Positions 37,418 through 45,878 of a stretch of DNA of 64,000 nucleotides are shown one piece after another. The notes beneath the pieces were generated by a model. The model saw only the letters and a list, made by a program, of their open reading frames with translations. It was not told where the DNA came from and searched no databases. Origin of the DNA: Minisyncoccia bacterium (GTDB taxonomy: Bacteria; Patescibacteriota; Minisyncoccia; Phycocordibacterales; PALSA-1337); contig JBEKVT010000001.1 in the NCBI GenBank assembly GCA_049997795.1, forward strand, positions 312,241 to 376,240. The letters run 5' to 3'. Position numbers and translations under genes: made by a program. How positions within the stretch are numbered: the stretch's first letter is position 1; each line of letters opens with the position of its first letter.

Positions 37418-39129
37418 AGGCGCTCGTCCTACAACTGAAGCTGCATTATCTGGCCATCGTCCTCGCGGTTTTGCTCGGTCTCGCGAGCTCTCTGCCGCAG
37501 ATCCTTTCGGCCCGGGCGGTGCCGGGCTTCCAGGGGATATACCACGGAGTCGTCGATGATCAGGTCTATTACGAGGCCCGCACCAAGGATGTCCTGGACG
37601 GCCACGCGTTCCTCTCCAACCCTTACATATACGAGTATAAAAGCGGCCCGCCGATGCAGGTCTGGCTGCCGGACTATCTTCGCGCCCTGCTCCCCCTGGC
37701 GTCGGGCCTCTCGATATGGCGGAGCACGTTCATATACGACTTCTTCTTCCCGGCTCTCTTGTTCATCCTATGTTACGGCATAGTCTTCCTGCTTACGAGC
37801 TCCAGGCTCACCGGCCTCTTGGCTGCCTCCGTCCTAAACGGGGGATTCTTCGTGGCCGAATTCATACGCTCGCCGAGCCCGCAGTTCAATTTCGTCTTCT
37901 GGCTGGCAACTCTGCTTTTCCTCCTGCTCTTCATGAAAGGTGGCAAGAAACGCTACGCGGTCCTTGCCGCGGTGTCCCTGGGTTTTTTGTTCAATCTGTA
38001 TCCTTATTACTGGACTTTTTACATTGTCGCGCTCACGGTATTCCTTTTCATAAAGTTCGTCATGCGGCAGAGGCAAGCCATTTGGACCTATGTTAGCGCC
38101 GCTGTCGGCGGGTTCATCATAGGCATCCCATATTTCATCTCCCTCATCCAATCGAGCCGATTGCCCTGGAATGCCGAATCGCTGGCCCGGCTCGGCCTCA
38201 TCCCGACCCATTTTCCGTCGGGATCATCCATCGTCGCGATCGGTCTCCTGACGCTTGTCTTCCTCACTATCCTGCACAGGAAAGGGCTGATCGGGACAGA
38301 TGATACGAGCCTCCTTCTCTTAGCCGGCGTCGCGGCGGCGATGATCGTTGTCAATCAGCATCTCGTCACCGGCAAGAACCTGGAATTTTCCAGCCACTAC
38401 TTCATGGAGAGCGTCTACTGGTGCGCTTTTGCCGTCTGCTACGGGTTAACACGTCTCCGCCATCTGACCCTTGTCTCGCGATACAAAAAAGCGATCGCTG
38501 CTGCGGCGATCATCGCAGTTGTCATTGTAGTAATCCGCGGCATGACGGGTTTCGTCAATGCGCAGGTGACTTACACTGCCGATGAGGTCTACGCCCAGAA
38601 TTATGCTCCGGTCTTCGCTTGGCTTAACGCCCACACCCAGAAAGACGACGTAGTGTTCGCCGATGAAGATATGAGCGACCTCATCCCGGTCTATACGGCC
38701 GACAACGTCTTCTACGCCCAATCCGCCGAGCTGTTCCTCATGCCGGACATGGAAGTCGAGACGCGCTTCATCATCGAGAATTTTTGGGACAAGATCGACG
38801 CTCCGTTCCTCGTCACGCACGAGCGGGCCGTCTGGGGCACCTATTACGTGAATATAGACGGCCACTATCGGAGCGAGAATGGCGTGCGCAAACTGCTAGG
38901 CCTGCCTCCGATCGCCTACCAGCGCATTCCCGCCCAAAAGATCAATGAGGCCCTGGCCCTATCGGCGGCTCTGCATCAAAAGAGCTTCGCGGACGATCTC
39001 AAGCCCTTCAGGGTCGATTATCTCGTCTGGGACCGCACAAAGGAGCCTGACTGGCCAGTCGCTCGATTTGATTTCTTGAAGCCGGTCTTCTCGGCGGGGA
39101 ATATAAGCGTATATAAGATTCTACGATAG
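37414..39129 (+). CDS. large polytopic membrane protein, possible GT-C-fold glycosyltransferase or polymerase
   Basis: 571 aa, ~11 predicted TM helices plus a C-terminal soluble domain; no specific motif recognised. Confidence 0.3.
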   Translation: MKALVLQLKLHYLAIVLAVLLGLASSLPQILSARAVPGFQGIYHGVVDDQVYYEARTKDVLDGHAFLSNPYIYEYKSGPPMQVWLPDYLRALLPLASGLSIWRSTFIYDFFFPALLFILCYGIVFLLTSSRLTGLLAASVLNGGFFVAEFIRSPSPQFNFVFWLATLLFLLLFMKGGKKRYAVLAAVSLGFLFNLYPYYWTFYIVALTVFLFIKFVMRQRQAIWTYVSAAVGGFIIGIPYFISLIQSSRLPWNAESLARLGLIPTHFPSGSSIVAIGLLTLVFLTILHRKGLIGTDDTSLLLLAGVAAAMIVVNQHLVTGKNLEFSSHYFMESVYWCAFAVCYGLTRLRHLTLVSRYKKAIAAAAIIAVVIVVIRGMTGFVNAQVTYTADEVYAQNYAPVFAWLNAHTQKDDVVFADEDMSDLIPVYTADNVFYAQSAELFLMPDMEVETRFIIENFWDKIDAPFLVTHERAVWGTYYVNIDGHYRSENGVRKLLGLPPIAYQRIPAQKINEALALSAALHQKSFADDLKPFRVDYLVWDRTKEPDWPVARFDFLKPVFSAGNISVYKILR

Positions 39130-39137
39130 CAAAAATA

Positions 39138-39854
39138 TCAGTTATCGACCTTAAGTGGCTTGATAGCATCTATAACCAGATACTCCACACTCTGGGTTCT
39201 CCTCTCGTAGGTTCTCCGGTACAGCTCAATGGAAATTTCGCTGAAACCCGCATGCCGCAAGTAATCTAAGGCGGTGTGAGGATTCAAAAAACAGGTAACT
39301 CCATTATTATTGAGCGGCATCTTCTTGTTGGATATGTTTTCTACAGTCAAGGCGTCGACCTTCTTGTCTCTTGATGTCGTATAAGAGCTGCTTTTGTCGG
39401 ACAGATGAAACTGGAATAATCGTCCGCCGCTCTTGAGACATCTATATATTTCCGCGTAGCTTTTCTTGTGCTCGCGGAGATTTACGTGTTGCATTGACAC
39501 AATATCGACGATACAGTCGAAAAAACCGTCTGGGAAATCCAACCTTCTCATATCTCCGAGAGAGATATGGGCTTTCACACCCCAGCTGTTCAAGGCCTTC
39601 TTTCCGATCTTGATGCCTGTTGGAGAGGTATCAATGCCGTAGGCCTCAAGGCCTTCTTTAGCGATCATCCACAGGTTGGCGCACGAGCCGGCGCCCAACT
39701 CTAATATCTTTGTCTTTTTCTTGAGAGAAGGAGGGATCCTGAAATAATTTCGGGCAAGGAATTGAATGAGTTGCTCGTTCGGATATCTCCTTTGAGAGTA
39801 GAGGCCGTCTTTTCGATACTTGAGTTCGAAACTATGCCCTTGTTTATTTTTCAT
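39138..39854 (-). CDS. class I SAM-dependent methyltransferase (AT-rich, compositionally atypical gene)
   Basis: ILELGAGSCANL motif I, FDCIVDIVSMQHV. Coding DNA is visibly lower in GC (roughly mid-40s %) than its neighbours. Confidence 0.6.
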   Translation of the reverse strand: MKNKQGHSFELKYRKDGLYSQRRYPNEQLIQFLARNYFRIPPSLKKKTKILELGAGSCANLWMIAKEGLEAYGIDTSPTGIKIGKKALNSWGVKAHISLGDMRRLDFPDGFFDCIVDIVSMQHVNLREHKKSYAEIYRCLKSGGRLFQFHLSDKSSSYTTSRDKKVDALTVENISNKKMPLNNNGVTCFLNPHTALDYLRHAGFSEISIELYRRTYERRTQSVEYLVIDAIKPLKVDN

Positions 39855-40581
39855 GATGAGGTTTATTTGTCTCTACCAATGAATATAAACGGTCGCTGAT
39901 TTTCTTCAGTTCGGAGAGGTCCAAGTCATTCTTCGGCCCGGCATCCTTTTTGCGCTCCGCGATTATGAAAGCTTGGCGATTGAGCGACCGTGACGACTGC
40001 GTGACGTACTCCGTTCTGCTCAAGAGCCAGGCCAAGAGACGGAAGGGCCGCGAACCGGCCACCGGATGCGAGCCGAGATAGCCGCGCTCGTCCATGAAGA
40101 TATTCTCGTAAAATCGGCTCACCGGATTGCGGTAATAGACGACCTTGACGGAGCTGAAATGCACCCGAGCCGCGGAAAGACAGCCGGAAAGCCCGTCGTC
40201 GATCGGGACTTCGAACAATAGCCGGCCCTTGGGCGCGGTGATGCGGCAGAGCTTGTCCACCGTCCTCACCCTGGCCGCGACGGGCAGGCAATAGAGCGTA
40301 TTGGTAGAGGCGATGACGTCTATCGAATCCGATGGCAGACCGTAGAGATTGTTGAGATCGGCGACAAGTCCCAAGGTCCGCTCGTCAGGATATCTTTTAA
40401 GGCCGGTCTCTACCCTCTGTTTGTCTATATCCAAGCCGATGTACGTCCCGGTCTTGAACATGGGGCGGTTCTTGAAGGTGGCCGAACCGGCGTCGAGCCC
40501 GACGCCCGTCTTTGTCTTCCCGAGCTCTTTCTCGAGCCTGTCGAACAGGAATGATTTCGACGGCCTGACCATGAAGTTCAT
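39844..40581 (-). CDS. class I SAM-dependent methyltransferase
   Basis: GLDAGSATF motif I, IDVIASTNTLYCL. The 3' ~100 nt of the gene lie in the AT-rich patch. Confidence 0.5.
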   Translation of the reverse strand: MNFMVRPSKSFLFDRLEKELGKTKTGVGLDAGSATFKNRPMFKTGTYIGLDIDKQRVETGLKRYPDERTLGLVADLNNLYGLPSDSIDVIASTNTLYCLPVAARVRTVDKLCRITAPKGRLLFEVPIDDGLSGCLSAARVHFSSVKVVYYRNPVSRFYENIFMDERGYLGSHPVAGSRPFRLLAWLLSRTEYVTQSSRSLNRQAFIIAERKKDAGPKNDLDLSELKKISDRLYSLVETNKPHHEK

Positions 40582-41714
40582 AGCGGTTGTGTCGGTTTAC
40601 TCGCCTTGTAAGCTTCGAGCAGGATCCGGACGATCCTTTCTGCCGCGTGCCCGTCGCCGTACGGCTCGCCGGAAGGAAGCGGCTTTGCCAGGATCGACTT
40701 CACGCCGGCGAGCACGCTCTCCGGCTCGAGCCCGGCTAGGATATTCGTCCCGAGCTCGACCGTCTCCGGCCGCTCGGTATTCTCGCGCATGGTCACGCAA
40801 GGCACTCCGAGGATGCAGGCCTCTTCCTGGATGCCGCCGGAATCCGTCAAGATAAGGGCCGCCTGGGACTCGAGCTGCAAGAAGTCGAAATACCCGAGCG
40901 GGGCGACCAGCTTTATCTCCTTGGGGATGGTATGCACCCAATTCTCGATGTGCTTCCAGGTTCGGGGATGGACAGGGTATACGACCGGCATCTTCATATA
41001 GTGCGAAGCCAGGATGAGGCTCTTGAATATCTTCTTGCGGGTCTCCTTGGTGTCGACTTTCTCAGCGCGATGCGCCGTGGCTAGGATGTACTTATTCTTT
41101 TCCACACCCATCCTAGTGAAGATGTCCGAAGCCGTCCTGCCCGAGAGCGGAAGGCTGTGGTTCACGGCGTCGACCACGGTATTGCCGGTCAGATGGATCT
41201 TCCCGGCCGGGATATTCTCCGCCAAGAGATTGGCGCGGGCATGTTCCGACGGCACGAATAGATAATCGGATATGGAATCGGCGATGATGCGATTCACTTC
41301 CTCGGGCATGGAAAGGTCATTGCTGCGCAGCCCCGCTTCGATGTGGCCGATCGGGATGCCGAGCTTAGCGGCCGACAAGACGCCGGCCAGGACCGTGTAG
41401 GTGTCGCCCTGCACCAGGACCGCGTCGGGCTTTTCTTTCTTCAGGATCTCTTGGATGCCGAAAACCATCGCGCTCATCTGCTTCCGGAATTCCTGCCCGC
41501 CGCTATGCAGGTTGTACTGCGGATAGGGGATGCCGAGATCCCCGAATATCTTCTTGTCCATTTCGGGGCTGTAATGCTGGCCGGAATGCAGGATGAAATA
41601 GTCGCAGCCCTCCTTGTCGCAGGCGCGGATCAAGGGCGACATCTTGATGATCTCGGGGCGAGTGCCCAGGATGATGGCGATCTTCGGCCCTTTCTTTTTC
41701 TCTGCAGGTTTCAT
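40578..41714 (-). CDS. wecB: UDP-N-acetylglucosamine 2-epimerase
   Basis: 378 aa; IILGTRPEIIKMSPL, HIEAGLRS, GNTVVDA family segments. Hydrolysing versus non-hydrolysing cannot be told from sequence by eye. Confidence 0.8.
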   Translation of the reverse strand: MKPAEKKKGPKIAIILGTRPEIIKMSPLIRACDKEGCDYFILHSGQHYSPEMDKKIFGDLGIPYPQYNLHSGGQEFRKQMSAMVFGIQEILKKEKPDAVLVQGDTYTVLAGVLSAAKLGIPIGHIEAGLRSNDLSMPEEVNRIIADSISDYLFVPSEHARANLLAENIPAGKIHLTGNTVVDAVNHSLPLSGRTASDIFTRMGVEKNKYILATAHRAEKVDTKETRKKIFKSLILASHYMKMPVVYPVHPRTWKHIENWVHTIPKEIKLVAPLGYFDFLQLESQAALILTDSGGIQEEACILGVPCVTMRENTERPETVELGTNILAGLEPESVLAGVKSILAKPLPSGEPYGDGHAAERIVRILLEAYKASKPTQPL

Positions 41715-41717
41715 GGT

Positions 41718-42908
41718 CTATAGTTCTTTGAATATGCCCAAAAGCTTGGCTGTCGTATTTCTGACGTGGAACTGCTCCAGGAATGCTGTATCGATCTTTC
41801 GGGATGTCTTGCCATTAATCAAATCCTTCAAATATGCGGCAGCTTCGGCGACCTCGTCATAACCGAAAGATCTTTCGCCTAGCCGGTCCAGGAATCCCGA
41901 GACTGTGCTGCCATGCGGAGTGATGCCGACCACGGGCTTGCCGCTTCCAGCGTAGTCTATCACCTTCGAAGGCAGGAACGGGCTTGTGCCGAAATTCGCA
42001 TCGATCGTCACCAGACAGTCGGAGCTTTTCATGAGGCGCAGGCTCTCCCGGAAGGGAACAGTCGAGATCATCTCCGTTCGGTCTTTGAGGCCATACTGTT
42101 CGAGCAGCGACTCGATCTTCTCTTGGGTATAGCCGGCATAAGGATTGGCGCCGCCGACCAAGCGGATCTTCAGCTTCGAAGCGAGAGCGGCATCGTCCGA
42201 GATCGCTTTCTTCAGGATCTTGAAAAGGATCTCCGGATTGCGTTCCTTATAGAAGACGCCGATGTAGCTTATGATGAAATCGCTATCAGTTCTCCTCGCG
42301 TCGGCCGGATAATCCTTCGGGTCGTAGCAATGGGGGATGACCCGGCATTTTTCCTTATAAGCGGCCGGGTATTTCTTCATGACCATGTCCCGGAGCTGCT
42401 CGCTCACGAACACGATGCGGTCGGCCGCCTCGACGACGCCCGTTTCCTGACGCAAAACGTCGTCCGCGGCTCTCTTCGAGAACGGCTTATATCCGCTGTC
42501 GTACCAGGGATCGCTGAAATTCGCTACGAATCTGACGCCGAAGCGCTTCTTCACCCCGGCGCCTATCACGTTGCTGAATTGGGGATTTGCGAAGGAGAAG
42601 ACTAGCCCGATCTGGTGTTCCTTGATGATCGGTCCGAAAAAATCCATAAGTCGGTCGAGATATTTGCGGTCGCGCGAGCGCCGGAGTGCCGGCACCCTGT
42701 CGAAGACCCGGTTATGTTTCCTTTGGGGTATGCGGTAGCGTGGCAGATCGATGTCCCAATCCTCGCCGCCGTAGCTCACTATGACGGGCTTCACGCCCTG
42801 TCGCACCCATTCCGGGACCATCTTACCGATCAGGATGGCCTGCGGCCTGATCTCCGGCGGAGTGCGGAGGCTCAAACAAAGCACGTTAATATCTTTATTT
42901 GGCATCAA
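41718..42908 (-). CDS. glycosyltransferase family 4
   Basis: GT-B; VIDYAGSGKPVVGITPHGSTVSGF motif. Confidence 0.6.
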   Translation of the reverse strand: MMPNKDINVLCLSLRTPPEIRPQAILIGKMVPEWVRQGVKPVIVSYGGEDWDIDLPRYRIPQRKHNRVFDRVPALRRSRDRKYLDRLMDFFGPIIKEHQIGLVFSFANPQFSNVIGAGVKKRFGVRFVANFSDPWYDSGYKPFSKRAADDVLRQETGVVEAADRIVFVSEQLRDMVMKKYPAAYKEKCRVIPHCYDPKDYPADARRTDSDFIISYIGVFYKERNPEILFKILKKAISDDAALASKLKIRLVGGANPYAGYTQEKIESLLEQYGLKDRTEMISTVPFRESLRLMKSSDCLVTIDANFGTSPFLPSKVIDYAGSGKPVVGITPHGSTVSGFLDRLGERSFGYDEVAEAAAYLKDLINGKTSRKIDTAFLEQFHVRNTTAKLLGIFKEL

Positions 42909-42914
42909 ATGTTC

Positions 42915-43463
42915 CTAGCGTTTCGGTCTGTGTGCCCTCGGAGAGAAGACGACCCCTTGCAATTCCAAGGCGCCGACGCCAAGCCGCGTGCACTTCGCGC
43001 GTACCGACTCGACCAGGCGTTCGAACTCTCTCGAATCCTTCTTGACGTCGAGGTACAAATCTTCCTTATCGAGCATGATATATCGCGCTCCGATCTTCTT
43101 GATGATGGCCTCGAGCTCTTGTACGCCTTTCCGCGTCTCGATCTTCGGGACCAGGCCTATGCGATCAGGGAGCTGGATGCGGATGGCGTGGATCGCAGCG
43201 GGATCCTCGACGTTCGAGACGGCGAAATGCTTCACATTCTTGAACTTGCGGGCGGTCTTGATGGCGTCCGAGAGCTTGGTGACCGGCCTGGGAGGCTTGG
43301 TCCGGCCTTGGGGGTAATCGAGATAGACGTCATGGGTAAGGCTTCCAAGCAGATTCAAGAGGTCTTTTTTGCTGTCGAGCCAGGCGATATTGACGCGCAC
43401 GACCACGTCCTTGGGGATCTTGATGTGGGTCGTGACGAGCAGATGATTAGAGGCGATGATCAT
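42915..43463 (-). CDS. HpcH/HpaI-aldolase or pyruvate-kinase-barrel-like protein
   Basis: LVPKIETRKGVQELEAII...YIMLDKEDLYLDV resembles the KIE..G..N..EI...DGIM.ARGDLG PEP/pyruvate-binding barrel motif. Start set to MIIASNHLL. Confidence 0.3.
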   Translation of the reverse strand: MIIASNHLLVTTHIKIPKDVVVRVNIAWLDSKKDLLNLLGSLTHDVYLDYPQGRTKPPRPVTKLSDAIKTARKFKNVKHFAVSNVEDPAAIHAIRIQLPDRIGLVPKIETRKGVQELEAIIKKIGARYIMLDKEDLYLDVKKDSREFERLVESVRAKCTRLGVGALELQGVVFSPRAHRPKR

Positions 43464-43476
43464 GTTTTGGTTTGCG

Positions 43477-43929
43477 TCACTCGCCCTTGATCTTCTTGAT
43501 GATGCCGCTCGTCGATATGCCGTCATGATAGCCCAAGACCACGATCTTGCAGTCGATCTCTTTCGCGGTCTTTGCGCCGGGGATGTTCCCGCTCTCGTTC
43601 CAGCCGGCCCCAGGGCCTTTGGCCAGGATATGGGGCTTCAGCCTGATGAGGTTCTCGTCCGGCGCCAGGTCATGTTGCGGCACGACCTCGTCGACCGACC
43701 TGCAGTGCTCGAGGACCAGTTTCCGGTGCTCAAAAGGGATGACCGGCTCGCGCTTGTAGGCAGATACCACGTCGTCAGTGAAAAGGCCGACCACCAATCT
43801 GTCTCCTAGCGCCCGGGCCTCGTTCAGGAGCTCGACGTGGCCGCTATGGAAAAGGTCGAAGGCGCCGTATGTGTAGACGATCGTTTGCCGAGCCTTCTTT
43901 TTCGCCTTTCTTGCCTTTGTTTTTTTCAT
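43477..43929 (-). CDS. cytidylyltransferase, glycerol-3-phosphate cytidylyltransferase (TagD)-like
   Basis: YGAFDLFHSGHVELL HxGH nucleotidyltransferase motif; 150 aa, the size of TagD. Confidence 0.65.
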   Translation of the reverse strand: MKKTKARKAKKKARQTIVYTYGAFDLFHSGHVELLNEARALGDRLVVGLFTDDVVSAYKREPVIPFEHRKLVLEHCRSVDEVVPQHDLAPDENLIRLKPHILAKGPGAGWNESGNIPGAKTAKEIDCKIVVLGYHDGISTSGIIKKIKGE

Positions 43930-43943
43930 GATGGATATTCAGA

Positions 43944-45191
43944 TTAGCTTTTTTCGCACCCTCTGGCAATCTGTCCGCGCATCTCATGCAATTTCGCCAC
44001 GGCGGCCGCAGTCGCCTTGCCCCGGTTATACAGCAATCTGTCGTCGATCGACGGCGCATTATCCGGCCGCGCCTCGCGAGGTACGGTCAAACTGCGGGCG
44101 ATGGCCGCGTAGAACTCTTTTGGCGTCTTCACCAGAGAGCCGTAGATCGGCCGGAAATCTCCCAGCGAGTTCATCTCATGATCCTCGAAGAACCTCGGTA
44201 TATCCAGGAAGATCATCGGCTTGCGCAGGAAATAGAACTCGATCCATATGGTGCTGATATCGGTCACGGCAAGGTCGCTTCCCATGATGAATTCCGGCGA
44301 GTCGACCTCGTAGGCGTTGTATATCCTGTGGCCAGCGATGTCGCTATTGTCGAAGAAGGATCTCCAATCGACCCCGCCGCTGCCTTTCTTGCTGGTCGGA
44401 TCTATATATGATCCGGGATGGATCTTCACGATCAAATTGGCCTTGAAGCGCTCGGGGATCTCAAGGATCCGGTCGAGCCAAGTGAAGACGCTGGTGTTCT
44501 GGTTCCAGGTGGCTGCGTAGAAGACCGTAGGCAGGGAAGGATCGAGCCCGAGCCCTTTTATGAAGGCCTTGCGATCGATGCCCCTGTCGCGCAGCTCGAA
44601 AAGAATGTCATATTTCGGACAGCCGATCTCGTGGAGCTTCGGGATCTTGGCGATGCGGTGGTCGGCGCAGAACGTCAGCATGTCTTTTTTGAACGCTTCG
44701 CCAGTGAGGAAGACGTCGGTCATCTTGTCGATCGCCGGCGAGAAGACGTCATATTTCGTTTTGGAAGTCACCGTGTGGGGGAAGTGGATCTTATAATGAG
44801 CCCGCTTCGGCACTTTGATGTCGTATGACAGCGTGGCGTTCAGATAAAAATCTACCCAAGGGAAATGATCGAAGAATCGGGAATCGACCAGATCCGGCCG
44901 GCCTTCCTTCCAGGATGATCCGATGAGTTTCCTGAGGTTTCCCATGAGCTTGTCGTGAGTGATGACTACGACGCAAGCCCCGTCTCCGATGAGCTCGGCC
45001 AGCACCGACTGCAGATAGAAGAATTCGTTCGTCGTGGTTATCTCCGCGATGACGGTCATAAAGCCGCGCCGCTTCGCCCGGACGATATCCACGCGCGCCC
45101 GGCACAGCCAGAAGATCCCCACCAGGGCGCTTCCCAGCCGGACAAGCTTGTTCTTCAGTTTATGCAGCACGGCTTTCATGTCCTTCCTCAT
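43944..45191 (-). CDS. CDP-glycerol glycerophosphotransferase family protein (TagB/TagF-like)
   Basis: 415 aa; Glyphos_transf-type C-terminal region (YNAYEVDSPEFIMGSDLAVTDISTIWIEFYFLRKPMIF). Confidence 0.6.
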   Translation of the reverse strand: MRKDMKAVLHKLKNKLVRLGSALVGIFWLCRARVDIVRAKRRGFMTVIAEITTTNEFFYLQSVLAELIGDGACVVVITHDKLMGNLRKLIGSSWKEGRPDLVDSRFFDHFPWVDFYLNATLSYDIKVPKRAHYKIHFPHTVTSKTKYDVFSPAIDKMTDVFLTGEAFKKDMLTFCADHRIAKIPKLHEIGCPKYDILFELRDRGIDRKAFIKGLGLDPSLPTVFYAATWNQNTSVFTWLDRILEIPERFKANLIVKIHPGSYIDPTSKKGSGGVDWRSFFDNSDIAGHRIYNAYEVDSPEFIMGSDLAVTDISTIWIEFYFLRKPMIFLDIPRFFEDHEMNSLGDFRPIYGSLVKTPKEFYAAIARSLTVPREARPDNAPSIDDRLLYNRGKATAAAVAKLHEMRGQIARGCEKS

Positions 45192-45877
45192 GGGATCAGC
45201 CTGAAAAGGGCCCGCTTCTTATCCTTCTTGTATGAATCGACTTCGGCGATCTTCTCGACCACGGAAAATCCGCATGACTTAAGGAAGCTCTCTATCCATT
45301 CATGGGGCCGATCTCCCATATCCGGCAGACGCTTCGCCCACGAAAGCTCGCTTTCATCCGACTGGCCCATCTCGAAGATCATCTCCTTCTTAGTCCTCTT
45401 TCGCAGCAGGCTCATGAATCCTCGCGCATATTCCTCCCCGCGGGCGGACATGATGTGGTGCAAGACCGACATGCAGATGACGAGGTCTGAAGCGGGCAGG
45501 CGCGGGATCATCTCCGTATCGGCAGCGCCGAAGATGAATCTGGCATTCCGTATCTTTTCTTTTATGATCTGATCTTCCGCCACAGCAAACCTGCGCGCGT
45601 CCATCTCGACGCCTATCGCGGTGCATGAGCATTCCCGAGCGGCTTGGATCACATAAAAGCCCTCCGCGGAGCCGATATCGAGAACGGACGAGCCGCCGCT
45701 CGTTTCGATCTCCTTGCGGATCACTTCCCAACGGTCAAAGCAGTTGCGCTCGTTGCCGCCGACGAATCTGCCTCGGATCAAGACTGGCTGGTAGCGCGGA
45801 TATGAATAGAGCGCAGACCTGAGGCATATCTTCTGCCTGATCGTCTGGAACAATGTTCTTTTCTCCTCCTGCTGCAT
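45188..45877 (-). CDS. class I SAM-dependent methyltransferase
   Basis: VLDIGSAEGFYV motif I, LVICMSVLHHI; start set to MQQEEK (45877), 2 nt from the upstream stop. Confidence 0.55.
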   Translation of the reverse strand: MQQEEKRTLFQTIRQKICLRSALYSYPRYQPVLIRGRFVGGNERNCFDRWEVIRKEIETSGGSSVLDIGSAEGFYVIQAARECSCTAIGVEMDARRFAVAEDQIIKEKIRNARFIFGAADTEMIPRLPASDLVICMSVLHHIMSARGEEYARGFMSLLRKRTKKEMIFEMGQSDESELSWAKRLPDMGDRPHEWIESFLKSCGFSVVEKIAEVDSYKKDKKRALFRLIP

Positions 45878-45878
45878 G

